Sequence record: MT944117.1
Length of the DNA: 64,000 nt
Source: Escherichia phage PNJ1809-36
Strand: one strand, 5' to 3'
Of this stretch, positions 1 to 8,322 are shown in pieces. Position 1 is the first letter of the stretch. Every line of letters begins with the position of its first letter. The notes beneath the pieces are model-generated. The model was not told the DNA's origin and ran no database searches. It saw only the letters and a list, made by a program, of their open reading frames with translations. The position numbers and the translations under genes were made by a program.

Positions 1-160
1 GGAAGTCGCCGTAGGCTGAATCAATCTTACCTGTAATTGGGTTCTCTCGTGAACGAGGATCGTATTCTAATGTGATATGCGTTACACCAGGTAAAGTAAC
101 AAACTGACAACGGATGTTGACACGTGGTGCAATTGACACGCTAAACAGGCTGTTTGACAT
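1..160 (-). CDS. hypothetical protein, N-terminal part (gene runs off window start)
   Basis: ATG at 158-160 preceded by GGAGG on minus strand; open frame to position 1 (MSNSLFSVSIAPRVNIRCQF...). Confidence 0.4.
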   Translation of the reverse strand, partial: MSNSLFSVSIAPRVNIRCQFVTLPGVTHITLEYDPRSRENPITGKIDSAYGDF

Positions 161-307
161 TTAAACCTCCTCGTAGTAAGGCAAAGCTTTAATCAATTGT
201 TCTGAAGTACCATTCTCTATCCACGTAGCCCCGTTGTCAAGAGAAACATACCCTTTCTTATCGATAAATTTACGGAGACAGCCAGTGAACTTGTTTTTGT
301 AGATCAT
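161..307 (-). CDS. small hypothetical protein (48 aa)
   Basis: ATG at 307 overlaps stop of upstream gene (ATGA); stop abuts SD+ATG of next gene; MIYKNKFTGCLRKFIDKKGY... Confidence 0.4.
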   Translation of the reverse strand: MIYKNKFTGCLRKFIDKKGYVSLDNGATWIENGTSEQLIKALPYYEEV

Positions 308-747
308 TTCTTCTTTCCTTTCTTTAATTTGTTGTGACCTTTACCCTTATAAAGCTTGTGATTACGAGCAGACGGGTTATTTTGGTTCTCCAGTCGGCTA
401 ACAGGTGTATTCCAAAGGTTTCCTGCTACAAAAGATGCTGCCACAAGTTCTTCCAGGTATACAAAATCCAAAGCAGGTATCTTTGTTTCCCTCATCTCGC
501 GTTCTACATTAGACAACACGCCTTCTTCCTTACTATCTTCTTTTTCAATTACAGACCAACCCTCTTCCTGCCAAGCTTCCCCTCTGAACCAAGTTTCCAT
601 GTTATAACCTTGTTCGTCGAGAATAACACCATCTCGCATCTCAAACCATTCGCCACCACAAAAATGGCGGTGCTCAACACGTCTACCTTCCTTCATTGCT
701 TCTTTAGCTTCGAGCCAAGTCAGTTTGATGTTTTGGATGTTTTGCAT
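304..747 (-). CDS. DUF2829-like small protein (Tad2-like candidate) with Lys-rich C-terminal tail
   Basis: ORF 147 aa; SD AAGGAG upstream; N-terminal region WLEAKEAMKEGRRVEHRHF..GEWFEM...ETWF..EAWQEEGWSVIE resembles DUF2829 pattern (recalled, not searched). Confidence 0.45.
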   Translation of the reverse strand: MQNIQNIKLTWLEAKEAMKEGRRVEHRHFCGGEWFEMRDGVILDEQGYNMETWFRGEAWQEEGWSVIEKEDSKEEGVLSNVEREMRETKIPALDFVYLEELVAASFVAGNLWNTPVSRLENQNNPSARNHKLYKGKGHNKLKKGKKK

Positions 748-861
748 TTGTTTTCTCCTTTTGTTTGGTAGGAGTTGATCTTAACAAGATTAAAAAGTAT
801 GTCAATACTTGATCTGAAATTATTTTCAGGTATCATGTATGAACATTAACAAGAGAGGTAG

Positions 862-1155
862 ATGATGAACATTACTTTAGCAACTAAGAATATTTCTGAA
901 ACAATTAACGGTTTTGGTGTTATTGTAGCCTTGCACGGTAACAACGAGAAATGGTTGGCTTCTTTTGAAGAGGATCGTCAACACAATATCATTTTAGACG
1001 CTCCTATAAAAGTTATGCATATCCTTGGTGAAAACAAAGTGCTCACTTCCTCCCGTTCAAAGGAACAAATTACAAACGAATTAGTAAAACTGCTTGACAA
1101 TGTTCTTAACATGTTCGATAATGCACCTATCGACACAAAACGTGTCTTAATGTGA
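862..1155 (+). CDS. hypothetical protein (97 aa)
   Basis: ORF with SD AGAGAGG just upstream. Confidence 0.6.
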   Translation: MMNITLATKNISETINGFGVIVALHGNNEKWLASFEEDRQHNIILDAPIKVMHILGENKVLTSSRSKEQITNELVKLLDNVLNMFDNAPIDTKRVLM

Positions 1156-1167
1156 AAGGAGAATATA

Positions 1168-1659
1168 ATGGCTTACCCTGATTACATTGACGAACGTGCT
1201 ATGGGTTTCTTCCGTAACTTCTTGGTTGGTCGTTCTCACGGAGACAACGGTTCCAGTTATAAAACAAGCTGGGATAGTCAATGTGGCGCTAAGGCTACCA
1301 AAACTTTGAAAATGCCAGGTCGTCCGTTGTGCGCGTATTGTGGTAATGAAGCCTTAGCTCTTCAACCTGGTATTGAACATGGTGATTATACTATTAAAGG
1401 TTACACTTGTGTCTGCAAAGGTGCAATGGACGAGGCGGATTGGGTAAAAGAAAAAGCAGAGATGGAGGAACGCCATAAACGAGAAGTTTATGAAATGGAA
1501 AAACGTATGCCTGTTCCAGATTTGCAAGTTAAGAAAAATATTGTTGCGAAAATGATGGAAAAAGTCCAGAAAGCAGAGACGGAAGAAGACCTAAACCGTG
1601 CACTGGAAAACTTGCGTAATTTTAAAGAAGAAAAAGAGTTGCGCGAGATTATGTGGTAA
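1168..1659 (+). CDS. hypothetical protein, Cys-rich N-terminal region and charged helical C-terminus
   Basis: ORF 163 aa; SD AAAGGAG; CAYCGN...CVCKG cysteine pairs. Confidence 0.65.
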   Translation: MAYPDYIDERAMGFFRNFLVGRSHGDNGSSYKTSWDSQCGAKATKTLKMPGRPLCAYCGNEALALQPGIEHGDYTIKGYTCVCKGAMDEADWVKEKAEMEERHKREVYEMEKRMPVPDLQVKKNIVAKMMEKVQKAETEEDLNRALENLRNFKEEKELREIMW

Positions 1660-1696
1660 GGTATACTATTTCCATCAATTAAGAGAGGAGAACCAA

Positions 1697-1984
1697 ATGT
1701 ATTATTCACAAGATGAAGTAGCAAACATTAAACTGGCAGTGGGCGATCTTATTGTGTCACCTAACTACTATTGGGATAACACAGATTTGGTTGAAGTAGT
1801 AACCTATGTTGGAGTTGAAGGTATTGTGCTCTACACACTAGGTGGAGGTGTTGTTGGGGAAATGGAACGTTATACGACAACGAAGAAACTGGTAAGCTCT
1901 TATCACATGTTTTTACACCAAGGTTCGGAAGAGTATACAGCTTTCTTGTTGAAATTAGATGCAGATCGGGAGAAGGCACGATGA
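1697..1984 (+). CDS. hypothetical protein (95 aa)
   Basis: ATG 1697 after SD AGAGAGGAG; listed ORF 1598 start is an upstream alternative. Confidence 0.6.
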   Translation: MYYSQDEVANIKLAVGDLIVSPNYYWDNTDLVEVVTYVGVEGIVLYTLGGGVVGEMERYTTTKKLVSSYHMFLHQGSEEYTAFLLKLDADREKAR

Positions 1985-2337
1985 AAATTGTACACGATGA
2001 AATTCAAATAGAAGAAAGTGACCTGATGGATTTGGATGCAGCTTTGGGGAAGGTAATCTATGCAGGAATTAAAGCCTTCCGTGAGAAGGCAAACAATAGC
2101 ACGTTTGTCATGATCCCCACTAAACTGATGCGTGTTTTGTATCCAAATAGAAGTGCGCCGTATACAGATGAAGAAGAGGAGACAGGTAGAAGAGAGTGGT
2201 TAAATATTTTAGAAAAGATGGAGAATGCTTTTATTGATAGTGGTAATCCAGAAATCGTGTATGCTGAAGATCAAAGGAAGGCACGGTTAGAGGGCCGTCT
2301 TTTATTCGCTAGTTATTTTGATAATCTTTGGAGCTAA
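1981..2337 (+). CDS. hypothetical protein (118 aa)
   Basis: ORF; ATGA overlap with upstream stop. Confidence 0.6.
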   Translation: MKIVHDEIQIEESDLMDLDAALGKVIYAGIKAFREKANNSTFVMIPTKLMRVLYPNRSAPYTDEEEETGRREWLNILEKMENAFIDSGNPEIVYAEDQRKARLEGRLLFASYFDNLWS

Positions 2338-2339
2338 AT

Positions 2340-2516
2340 ATGTCTGAATTCTTCACAATGGCTTTCTTAGGGATCTATCTGATTATTAGTGCTGTTGGCT
2401 TAATCATGTCTCTAATAGAGGAAATGGGGATTAAGTGGAATTGTGCATTCGGTATAGCTCTTATGCTCACTCCAGTTTGGATTTACATTTGCAAATCGGT
2501 TGAACTAATTGGTTAA
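2340..2516 (+). CDS. small membrane protein (58 aa)
   Basis: internal ATG of listed ORF 2328; hydrophobic helix FLGIYLIISAVGLIMSLI. Confidence 0.5.
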   Translation: MSEFFTMAFLGIYLIISAVGLIMSLIEEMGIKWNCAFGIALMLTPVWIYICKSVELIG

Positions 2517-2526
2517 TGGAGGTAAT

Positions 2527-2865
2527 ATGTTTAGTAAAGAAATGAGAGAGGTAATCGCTACTCTGGTAGTTGATCATGGTGTTGAAGTTGAGCGTCACGT
2601 TTGGAAAGACGAGCCTCCTTTCTTTGATTTGGCATCACGGGCTAAAAGTCACATGTATCTCCTTGAAGATGATAAGGATTTTATTCTGCGTATGCGTTAT
2701 GATCGAGAGTTTAGAATTCCTCTTGACACAGATCCTGATGATGTAGTATTGTGGTTGGCAGAGCATTTCGCATTTAACGCTCTACATGGAAGAAGTTTTG
2801 GTAATGAACGTTGGGATACCATTTGTCGTAAACATAATATTGAACCAGAATACGGGAGTATGTAA
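2527..2865 (+). CDS. hypothetical protein (112 aa)
   Basis: ATG 2527 after SD GGAGG. Confidence 0.6.
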   Translation: MFSKEMREVIATLVVDHGVEVERHVWKDEPPFFDLASRAKSHMYLLEDDKDFILRMRYDREFRIPLDTDPDDVVLWLAEHFAFNALHGRSFGNERWDTICRKHNIEPEYGSM

Positions 2866-3116
2866 TGTTAAGTATCAAACCTAAAATGATTACTGAAGAT
2901 CAAAAAGATTACATTTATAAATGTGGTCGGGTGTGGAAAGAATACACTAAAGGTAATGAAGTTATTGTAGTTACGGAACATGCTATTTCTTTATCAGATC
3001 TTTTTGGTGATTATTTGCAAGTCATTAAAATTGGTATTGACAGAGGTTTGGTGCAGGTGTTAACATTATCCCAAGTTGAAGCAGAACACTTAGACAAAAT
3101 CATTGTCGAGTTCTAA
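2865..3116 (+). CDS. hypothetical protein (83 aa)
   Basis: ORF, start overlaps upstream stop. Confidence 0.55.
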   Translation: MLSIKPKMITEDQKDYIYKCGRVWKEYTKGNEVIVVTEHAISLSDLFGDYLQVIKIGIDRGLVQVLTLSQVEAEHLDKIIVEF

Positions 3117-3129
3117 GAGGAGAAAGAAT

Positions 3130-3294
3130 ATGATCTCTTTAGAATCAATAGCTTTTAAGAAAGGGTATACCGCAGGGTTCAAGTTTGGTATGTTTAATAA
3201 AGTAAATCCATATTGTCCAATGACACACAAAAAGGAATTCGAAGAATGGGAAGATGGATTTTCTAAAGGCTATCAGGCAAAAGGTTGGTTGTAA
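3130..3294 (+). CDS. hypothetical protein (54 aa)
   Basis: ATG 3130 after SD AAGAGGAG. Confidence 0.5.
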   Translation: MISLESIAFKKGYTAGFKFGMFNKVNPYCPMTHKKEFEEWEDGFSKGYQAKGWL

Positions 3295-3303
3295 GGAGAG
3301 AAT

Positions 3304-3468
3304 ATGATTTTAAACTTCATCATCAACTTGTGTTTGACATTGGGATTACTCTGTGCAATAGTATCCCCTCTGGTTGGTGAATATTGTTCTGAACTGGCGA
3401 TGTTTATAGTTCTTGGTGCGGCTATTGCTAATATGTTTATCGCTGCGATTTGTATGTTGTGGGAATAG
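3304..3468 (+). CDS. small membrane peptide (54 aa)
   Basis: SD AAGGAG + ATG 3304; two hydrophobic segments; below 60 aa so absent from ORF track. Confidence 0.45.
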   Translation: MILNFIINLCLTLGLLCAIVSPLVGEYCSELAMFIVLGAAIANMFIAAICMLWE

Positions 3469-3479
3469 GAGGGAAGTTT

Positions 3480-3836
3480 ATGAAAAAACTAATCTTAGCC
3501 ACATTGCTGGCTACCGTAAGCTTCACCACTTACGCTCAAAAATTTGTAGCAGTTAAAACGGATATTGGTAAAGATGTTGTGATCACAGGCAACAAATTTT
3601 ACTATACACCTGGGAATGGTGTTCTAGAAGAGTGCCAAGATGTTGAGGCATATACAGGAAAAGAAGATAACACGGAACGTCCTTTTTATTCGATTATAGC
3701 TACTTGCAAAAATGAAATAGTAGCTATTAAACAATACAAAGATGCCCCTGGAGGAGAGTACTTGTTAGTCAAGAATATTAAGAGTGAAAAAACTGCAAAG
3801 TTTACAGTAATTATTTTAAAAGGAGAAACGTTCTAA
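3480..3836 (+). CDS. secreted small protein with N-terminal signal peptide
   Basis: SD AGGAGGG + ATG 3480; MKKLILATLLATVSFTTYAQ signal-like N-terminus. Confidence 0.65.
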   Translation: MKKLILATLLATVSFTTYAQKFVAVKTDIGKDVVITGNKFYYTPGNGVLEECQDVEAYTGKEDNTERPFYSIIATCKNEIVAIKQYKDAPGGEYLLVKNIKSEKTAKFTVIILKGETF

Positions 3837-4975
3837 TGAAATACACTATTTTTGGAGATGTAGCTGTTGTAAATAAGGAATATGGCGTTGAAGCTAATAA
3901 ACTTCCTGCTGGAGTTTGGGTTGTCAACTGCGATCCGCACGGTAACTACTCTTTAGTGCGTGGCGAAAGTTTCTCTCTTCCGAACACTCTTTATGGGGAA
4001 ACTAAAGATCGCGCCGCACATGTTATTAAAACATTTGCTCGTCGTAGTAAAGAAGGTAAAAATACTGGGGTGTTACTGACAGGGACAAAAGGCAGTGGTA
4101 AGACGATGTTAGCTAAACTGATTAGCATGTCTCTAATGTCCACAGAAGGTTTAGGTATTCCAACCATTTTGGTTACACAGCCTTACACAGATGCTGGATT
4201 CTTAGAATTTATGAGTAAAATTACAGATCGTGCTGTTGTTTTATTTGACGAATTTGATAAAGTGTATGCTAAGAAAGAAGATCAGGAAGCACTGTTGACC
4301 TTGTTGGATGGAACAGGAAGTGGGAATAAACTTTACATCCTCACTAAAAATAGTGGTTATATCTCGGAATATTTTGTAAACCGTCCTAGTCGTATCTACT
4401 ACAGTTTCAATTACGATAAACTGTCTAGTGAAACTATGTTAGATTACTTGGATAAGAACTTGGTAAATAAAAAACACGTAGATAACTTCCAACGTTTATG
4501 GGATGTTAGCACAGAGTTGTCTTTCGATGTTATTCAAGGCATTGTAGAAGAATTGAATTTCTATCCAAAAATGACTTTTAAAGAATGTCTTGAAATGATG
4601 GGTATTTCTTTAGGCAATGATGCTAAATGGAATGTGGTTTCTATTGTAGCTAATGGCAAAACCTTGAAGGTGAATTGGATCAATAACTGGCACGACTTTA
4701 CCCCTACTAAGTTTTTGTCGGGTGCTTGTTCCTTGAACATCTATCTACAAAGCTTGAAAGATGATGAAGTGGAAGCAATGGAAACCAATAGTTATGTTAT
4801 CCTAGACGAAGATGGCGACCCACATATTGATCTATGTGCAACTGCTGATGGTCTAACTTGTGATCTGATTGAAGGTGGTAAGATCCTGGTGATGAGCACT
4901 ACACCAGGAAACACTCTGCGAGTGGTGCTGGAGCCTGTAACGCAGCGATCTACCACACTGGGTAGCGTATTCTGA
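3836..4975 (+). CDS. AAA+ family ATPase
   Basis: Walker A GTKGSGKT, Walker B VVLFDEFD, sensor ILTKN; 379 aa. Confidence 0.75.
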   Translation: MKYTIFGDVAVVNKEYGVEANKLPAGVWVVNCDPHGNYSLVRGESFSLPNTLYGETKDRAAHVIKTFARRSKEGKNTGVLLTGTKGSGKTMLAKLISMSLMSTEGLGIPTILVTQPYTDAGFLEFMSKITDRAVVLFDEFDKVYAKKEDQEALLTLLDGTGSGNKLYILTKNSGYISEYFVNRPSRIYYSFNYDKLSSETMLDYLDKNLVNKKHVDNFQRLWDVSTELSFDVIQGIVEELNFYPKMTFKECLEMMGISLGNDAKWNVVSIVANGKTLKVNWINNWHDFTPTKFLSGACSLNIYLQSLKDDEVEAMETNSYVILDEDGDPHIDLCATADGLTCDLIEGGKILVMSTTPGNTLRVVLEPVTQRSTTLGSVF

Positions 4976-4992
4976 TACAGCACAAATAGCTA

Positions 4993-5016
4993 AACCCGCT
5001 TCGGCGGGTTTTGTTA
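4993..5016 (+). terminator. rho-independent terminator (UUCG tetraloop)
   Basis: AACCCGC-TTCG-GCGGGTT followed by TTTGTT. Confidence 0.7.
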
Positions 5017-5044
5017 TATTGATTTCAGTTTAATAGGAAGAGAA

Positions 5045-6052
5045 TTGTTAGATATGCCAGTAAAGAAGAGTATTGAAACATATATGGAAGAATGTAAGCC
5101 GATAGCTGAGGCTAAAGGGATTACCATTCTCGGCACGTATGGAGAAGATAAAGGTGTGCATACGAAGATGATCAATCGTTGTGAGCATGGTCATGAATGG
5201 AATACTACAACGTTTCACAGTTTTAAAGATGGTCGAGGTTGTCCTAAGTGCGCCTACAGGGAACGTTCGAAAAAGAGAAGCAAAGCTATCACTATTCCAG
5301 ACCAGCAACACATACAAGATTTTATGAAGGTAGGTAAATTTAAGGAAGGCACTATTTTCACCAATACAGGAGAACGTAAAGGGTGTGATATAGTATGGAT
5401 GGTTGAATGTCCTGTTTGCTCTCATGATGAATATGTGGAAGCTGGGGTGTGTGATGGTAAATTCTATGCTACCGGAAGTCATCTTAAACGTGGGTGTCTC
5501 CCTTGCCGCTGTTCTACAAGTTACAAATACACAGAGGATCAGACCACCTATAGAACAAGAAAGGAAGTAGAAAGGAGAGGATATATATGGGTAGGATGGA
5601 TCGGTAAACCTTCAACAATGGGTAAGTTTAAATATGGATGTAAGGAGCACGGGGAACAGATAGGGCGTGCAGATGGTTTGCTACATAAGGGGAGTGGGTG
5701 TCCGCAGTGCGGGGGCCAAAACCAACAACAATGTTACATTAATCATATTTATGATGAAGATGGTATTCTTTGTGCACTGAAGTTTGGTATTGCCAATAGT
5801 AGTGATCGCCGTATCAAAGAACAGAATAGCCGCAATGTGTTTACTATGAGACAAGTTCAAGTGTGGCAGTTCCCCACTGTGAAGCAGTGCAAAAATTCAG
5901 AAAAGTATTGCAAAAAGGTGTTAGACACAGAAGCAGTGAGCAAATATGCTATGCCAGACGGCTACACAGAAACAGTGGAGCTATCTTGTCTGGCATCAAT
6001 ACAAAACATTTATAAACTTTATGGTGGAATATTACAGGAGGAAACATGTTAG
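5045..6052 (+). CDS. T5orf172/GIY-YIG-like domain protein with Cys-rich N-terminal repeats (homing-endonuclease-like)
   Basis: three GCPxC-type repeats; C-terminal KFGIANSSDRRIKEQNS resembles T5orf172 core; start may be TTG 5045 or ATG 5054. Confidence 0.55.
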   Translation: MLDMPVKKSIETYMEECKPIAEAKGITILGTYGEDKGVHTKMINRCEHGHEWNTTTFHSFKDGRGCPKCAYRERSKKRSKAITIPDQQHIQDFMKVGKFKEGTIFTNTGERKGCDIVWMVECPVCSHDEYVEAGVCDGKFYATGSHLKRGCLPCRCSTSYKYTEDQTTYRTRKEVERRGYIWVGWIGKPSTMGKFKYGCKEHGEQIGRADGLLHKGSGCPQCGGQNQQQCYINHIYDEDGILCALKFGIANSSDRRIKEQNSRNVFTMRQVQVWQFPTVKQCKNSEKYCKKVLDTEAVSKYAMPDGYTETVELSCLASIQNIYKLYGGILQEETC

Positions 6053-6411
6053 TTGACGTTCAAATTATGCGCAACGAAAGAATGGACTTCTTTGAAGCAG
6101 TAGAGAAACATCTGATCAGATGGGACTATGAATTTGTTCCTGCTGGATGTGGACCAGTAGAGCATTTAGCGGAAGACGATGATGTATACATGATCATTCG
6201 TCAAGTGTACCAGACAGACCAGTGTGAAGAAACTCCCGAACTGATTTTGTTTGAGTGTAAAGATCTTGCAAAATATTTTGACTATGGCGGAAAAGAGGGT
6301 CATAATCTCTCCAGATACAATAAACGTCTACTTATCTTAGACTACATGCGGAACAACAAACACAAACTCATCGACGCAGACGCAGTTTATGGCTACTGGT
6401 GGATGGATTAA
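6046..6411 (+). CDS. hypothetical protein (121 aa)
   Basis: SD CAGGAGG + ATG 6046. Confidence 0.6.
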   Translation: MLVDVQIMRNERMDFFEAVEKHLIRWDYEFVPAGCGPVEHLAEDDDVYMIIRQVYQTDQCEETPELILFECKDLAKYFDYGGKEGHNLSRYNKRLLILDYMRNNKHKLIDADAVYGYWWMD

Positions 6412-6424
6412 CAAAGGAGAAACT

Positions 6425-6613
6425 ATGGCACGTTTAGCAGATAACCCTGTATTCTACCCCGTTCTTGATCTTTATGATGAATTGACATATGTTGTGGAGC
6501 GGTATAATTACAATGAAGACCTCTTGGAGACAAACCTTAAAGTAGTTCTGATGAAAGCCTATCAGCAAGGGCAACGTGAAATTTTGGAGAGTATGAAAAA
6601 TGCGAATAACTGA
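6425..6613 (+). CDS. hypothetical protein (62 aa)
   Basis: ATG 6425 after SD AAAGGAG. Confidence 0.5.
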   Translation: MARLADNPVFYPVLDLYDELTYVVERYNYNEDLLETNLKVVLMKAYQQGQREILESMKNANN

Positions 6614-7142
6614 TGATTATGTATTCTTCTTTTCACATAAAGATGTTTTTAGTAATTGGTATATTGCACCCTTTACAGAAACCGAACCAAGTTACAATCA
6701 GACATTTAATTGTGTCGAACAATACATGATGTGGCGTAAAGCTTTGCTTTTTAATGATCACAACACTGCACAGGCTATTCTGACTCATAGCTTAAAACGA
6801 GAAGATGAGAAGATACAAGCTTATTACAAACGTATGGGTAGGGCAGTAGCAGGTTTCGATAACAAAATATGGGAAGAGAATCGTGAGCGTATTGTTATGC
6901 GAGGTTTATGCTTGAAGTATGTACAGAATCCAGACTTGTATGCCGATTTACGTCTATATCAATACAAAACATTTGTTGAAGCAAGTCCTTACGATAAGGT
7001 ATACGGAATTGGAATGGGGATGTATGAACCAGGGGTGCTAAACCCTGCCACCTGGAAAGGGCAGAATCTTTTAGGCAAATATCATAACAAACTGATCGAA
7101 ATACTTTTCCCAGACAAAATACCGCAAAGACGATATTTGTGA
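6600..7142 (+). CDS. NADAR-domain (YbiA/DUF1768-like) protein
   Basis: FSNWYIAPF, EQYMMWRKALLF, RMGRAV...W..NRE..VMRG...KY, YGIGMG...G.NLLGK blocks match the YbiA-family pattern. Confidence 0.75.
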   Translation: MRITDDYVFFFSHKDVFSNWYIAPFTETEPSYNQTFNCVEQYMMWRKALLFNDHNTAQAILTHSLKREDEKIQAYYKRMGRAVAGFDNKIWEENRERIVMRGLCLKYVQNPDLYADLRLYQYKTFVEASPYDKVYGIGMGMYEPGVLNPATWKGQNLLGKYHNKLIEILFPDKIPQRRYL

Positions 7143-7383
7143 TATTTTAACTTTTTTCATTTTTAGAACAAAGGTGTCACTTTGTAGCACAGAAATAAGG
7201 CTCCTACAGCACCGTAGAGAGCCTGTTATTTTGTCCTATACAAACCCTTATCTTTTTCAGTTTGCATCACTAGGATTCGATCTAAGTGGGTTCCTGAAGG
7301 TTTACCAATAAGATTAAAGGTTATCTCAAATTCCCACTACCTATTATCTCAAAAATCCCTCAAATTATTTAAACTTTTTAAGA

Positions 7384-7570
7384 ATTTACAAAAGTGAAAG
7401 TTGAAAACCAAAATTTAAAGTTTAGGAAAATTATCTTAAAATGTTAGATACAAAACAAAACTCAAAAGTCAAGGAAAATTTTAAAAATTTTGCGCGCCCA
7501 CAGTATTTAAAGTTTTTTTGCTTTTACAAAAATGAAAGTACAAAAGCAAAATTTAAAGTTTACAAAAATT
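7384..7570. repeat. two copies of a ~48-bp direct repeat (iteron-like)
   Basis: tttacaaaagtgaaagttgaaaaccaaaatttaaagtttaggaaaatt at ~7384 and a near-copy at ~7521. Confidence 0.7.
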
Positions 7571-7583
7571 TATGCAGATGGGA

Positions 7584-7698
7584 ATGAGAAGAGTTCTCAT
7601 ATGGAAATGCAAATGATAATGATTCGCATTTAGGTTTATAAATGAGATTGATTCTTATTTGATAAGGTAAATGATAATCATTCTCATTTAGAGAATGA
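7584..7698. promoter_or_regulatory. cluster of dyad-symmetric operator-like sites, Fur-box-like
   Basis: ATGAGAAgagTTCTCAT (7584-7600), AATGATAATGATTCGCATT (~7612), AATGATAATCATTCTCATT (~7669, 13-nt core identical to Fur box core AATGATAATCATT), CATTCTC-N5-GAGAATG (7679-7697). Confidence 0.4.
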
Positions 7699-7946
7699 CG
7701 CGCAGGGGCGGTGTTTGTCTCGCGCTCCCGTGTCCCCTCGCCATGTAATAAGAATAACAGATCCAGCCAGGAAAGCAAGCGATTATTTTATCTTTACATT
7801 TCTTTACAAATATATAGCGCCCAGCCTACCGGCGATCAACCTTCCAACCAGCGCCCTGGTATGTTAGCCCCGCCTTTACGCCGTGGGGTGGCGCTTCCTC
7901 TTCTGTATGTAAAACAGTATAAGCCCGATCCCTGGGCTTGTCAAGA

Positions 7947-8213
7947 TTATTTTTTGTTTTCTTGCCAGGAAAGGACACCTAACCAAAAATGCATATCGCC
8001 CCGCGCCCCTGGTGGGATCTTGCTTTCCCCGCCGCCACTGCAAGCCCATAAATAACCATCAGCAAACGGATCAAAATGGTCTATCTCTTCCACCTTATGA
8101 TCGCCCAGGTTGAGAACGGTTTCAACCTTTAAGCCCGTTGCGCTTGCTACCTGGTGCACCGTGCCGCCTTGCCAGCCCAATGAGTGCATAAGGTGTAATG
8201 TAGTATTTGTCAT
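7947..8213 (-). CDS. hypothetical protein (88 aa) inside a GC-rich island
   Basis: only clean ORF in 7700-8300; weak SD. Confidence 0.35.
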   Translation of the reverse strand: MTNTTLHLMHSLGWQGGTVHQVASATGLKVETVLNLGDHKVEEIDHFDPFADGYLWACSGGGESKIPPGARGDMHFWLGVLSWQENKK

Positions 8214-8322
8214 GGTGTCGCCCTTTCTTTGTTGTGCGCCCTGGTTGGCGCGGTAGAAAGATGATAGCCCTTTCTTTTATATATAGCAAGCAAAAAGAAA
8301 ATAAAAAAGATTGAAAAAGTGA

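Noticed and set aside
334-771. Plus-strand ORF of 145 aa
   Set aside because: Lies antisense to the better-supported DUF2829-like gene (304..747), low-complexity translation, no SD.
7150-7330. Possible tRNA gene (TTCGATC resembles a T-loop)
   Set aside because: Could not build an acceptor stem or a D/anticodon arm around it; same negative result for 17650-17780.
7711-8055. 114-aa plus-strand ORF in the GC-rich island
   Set aside because: Pro/Ser/Gln-rich low-complexity translation, no SD, overlaps the more plausible minus-strand ORF.
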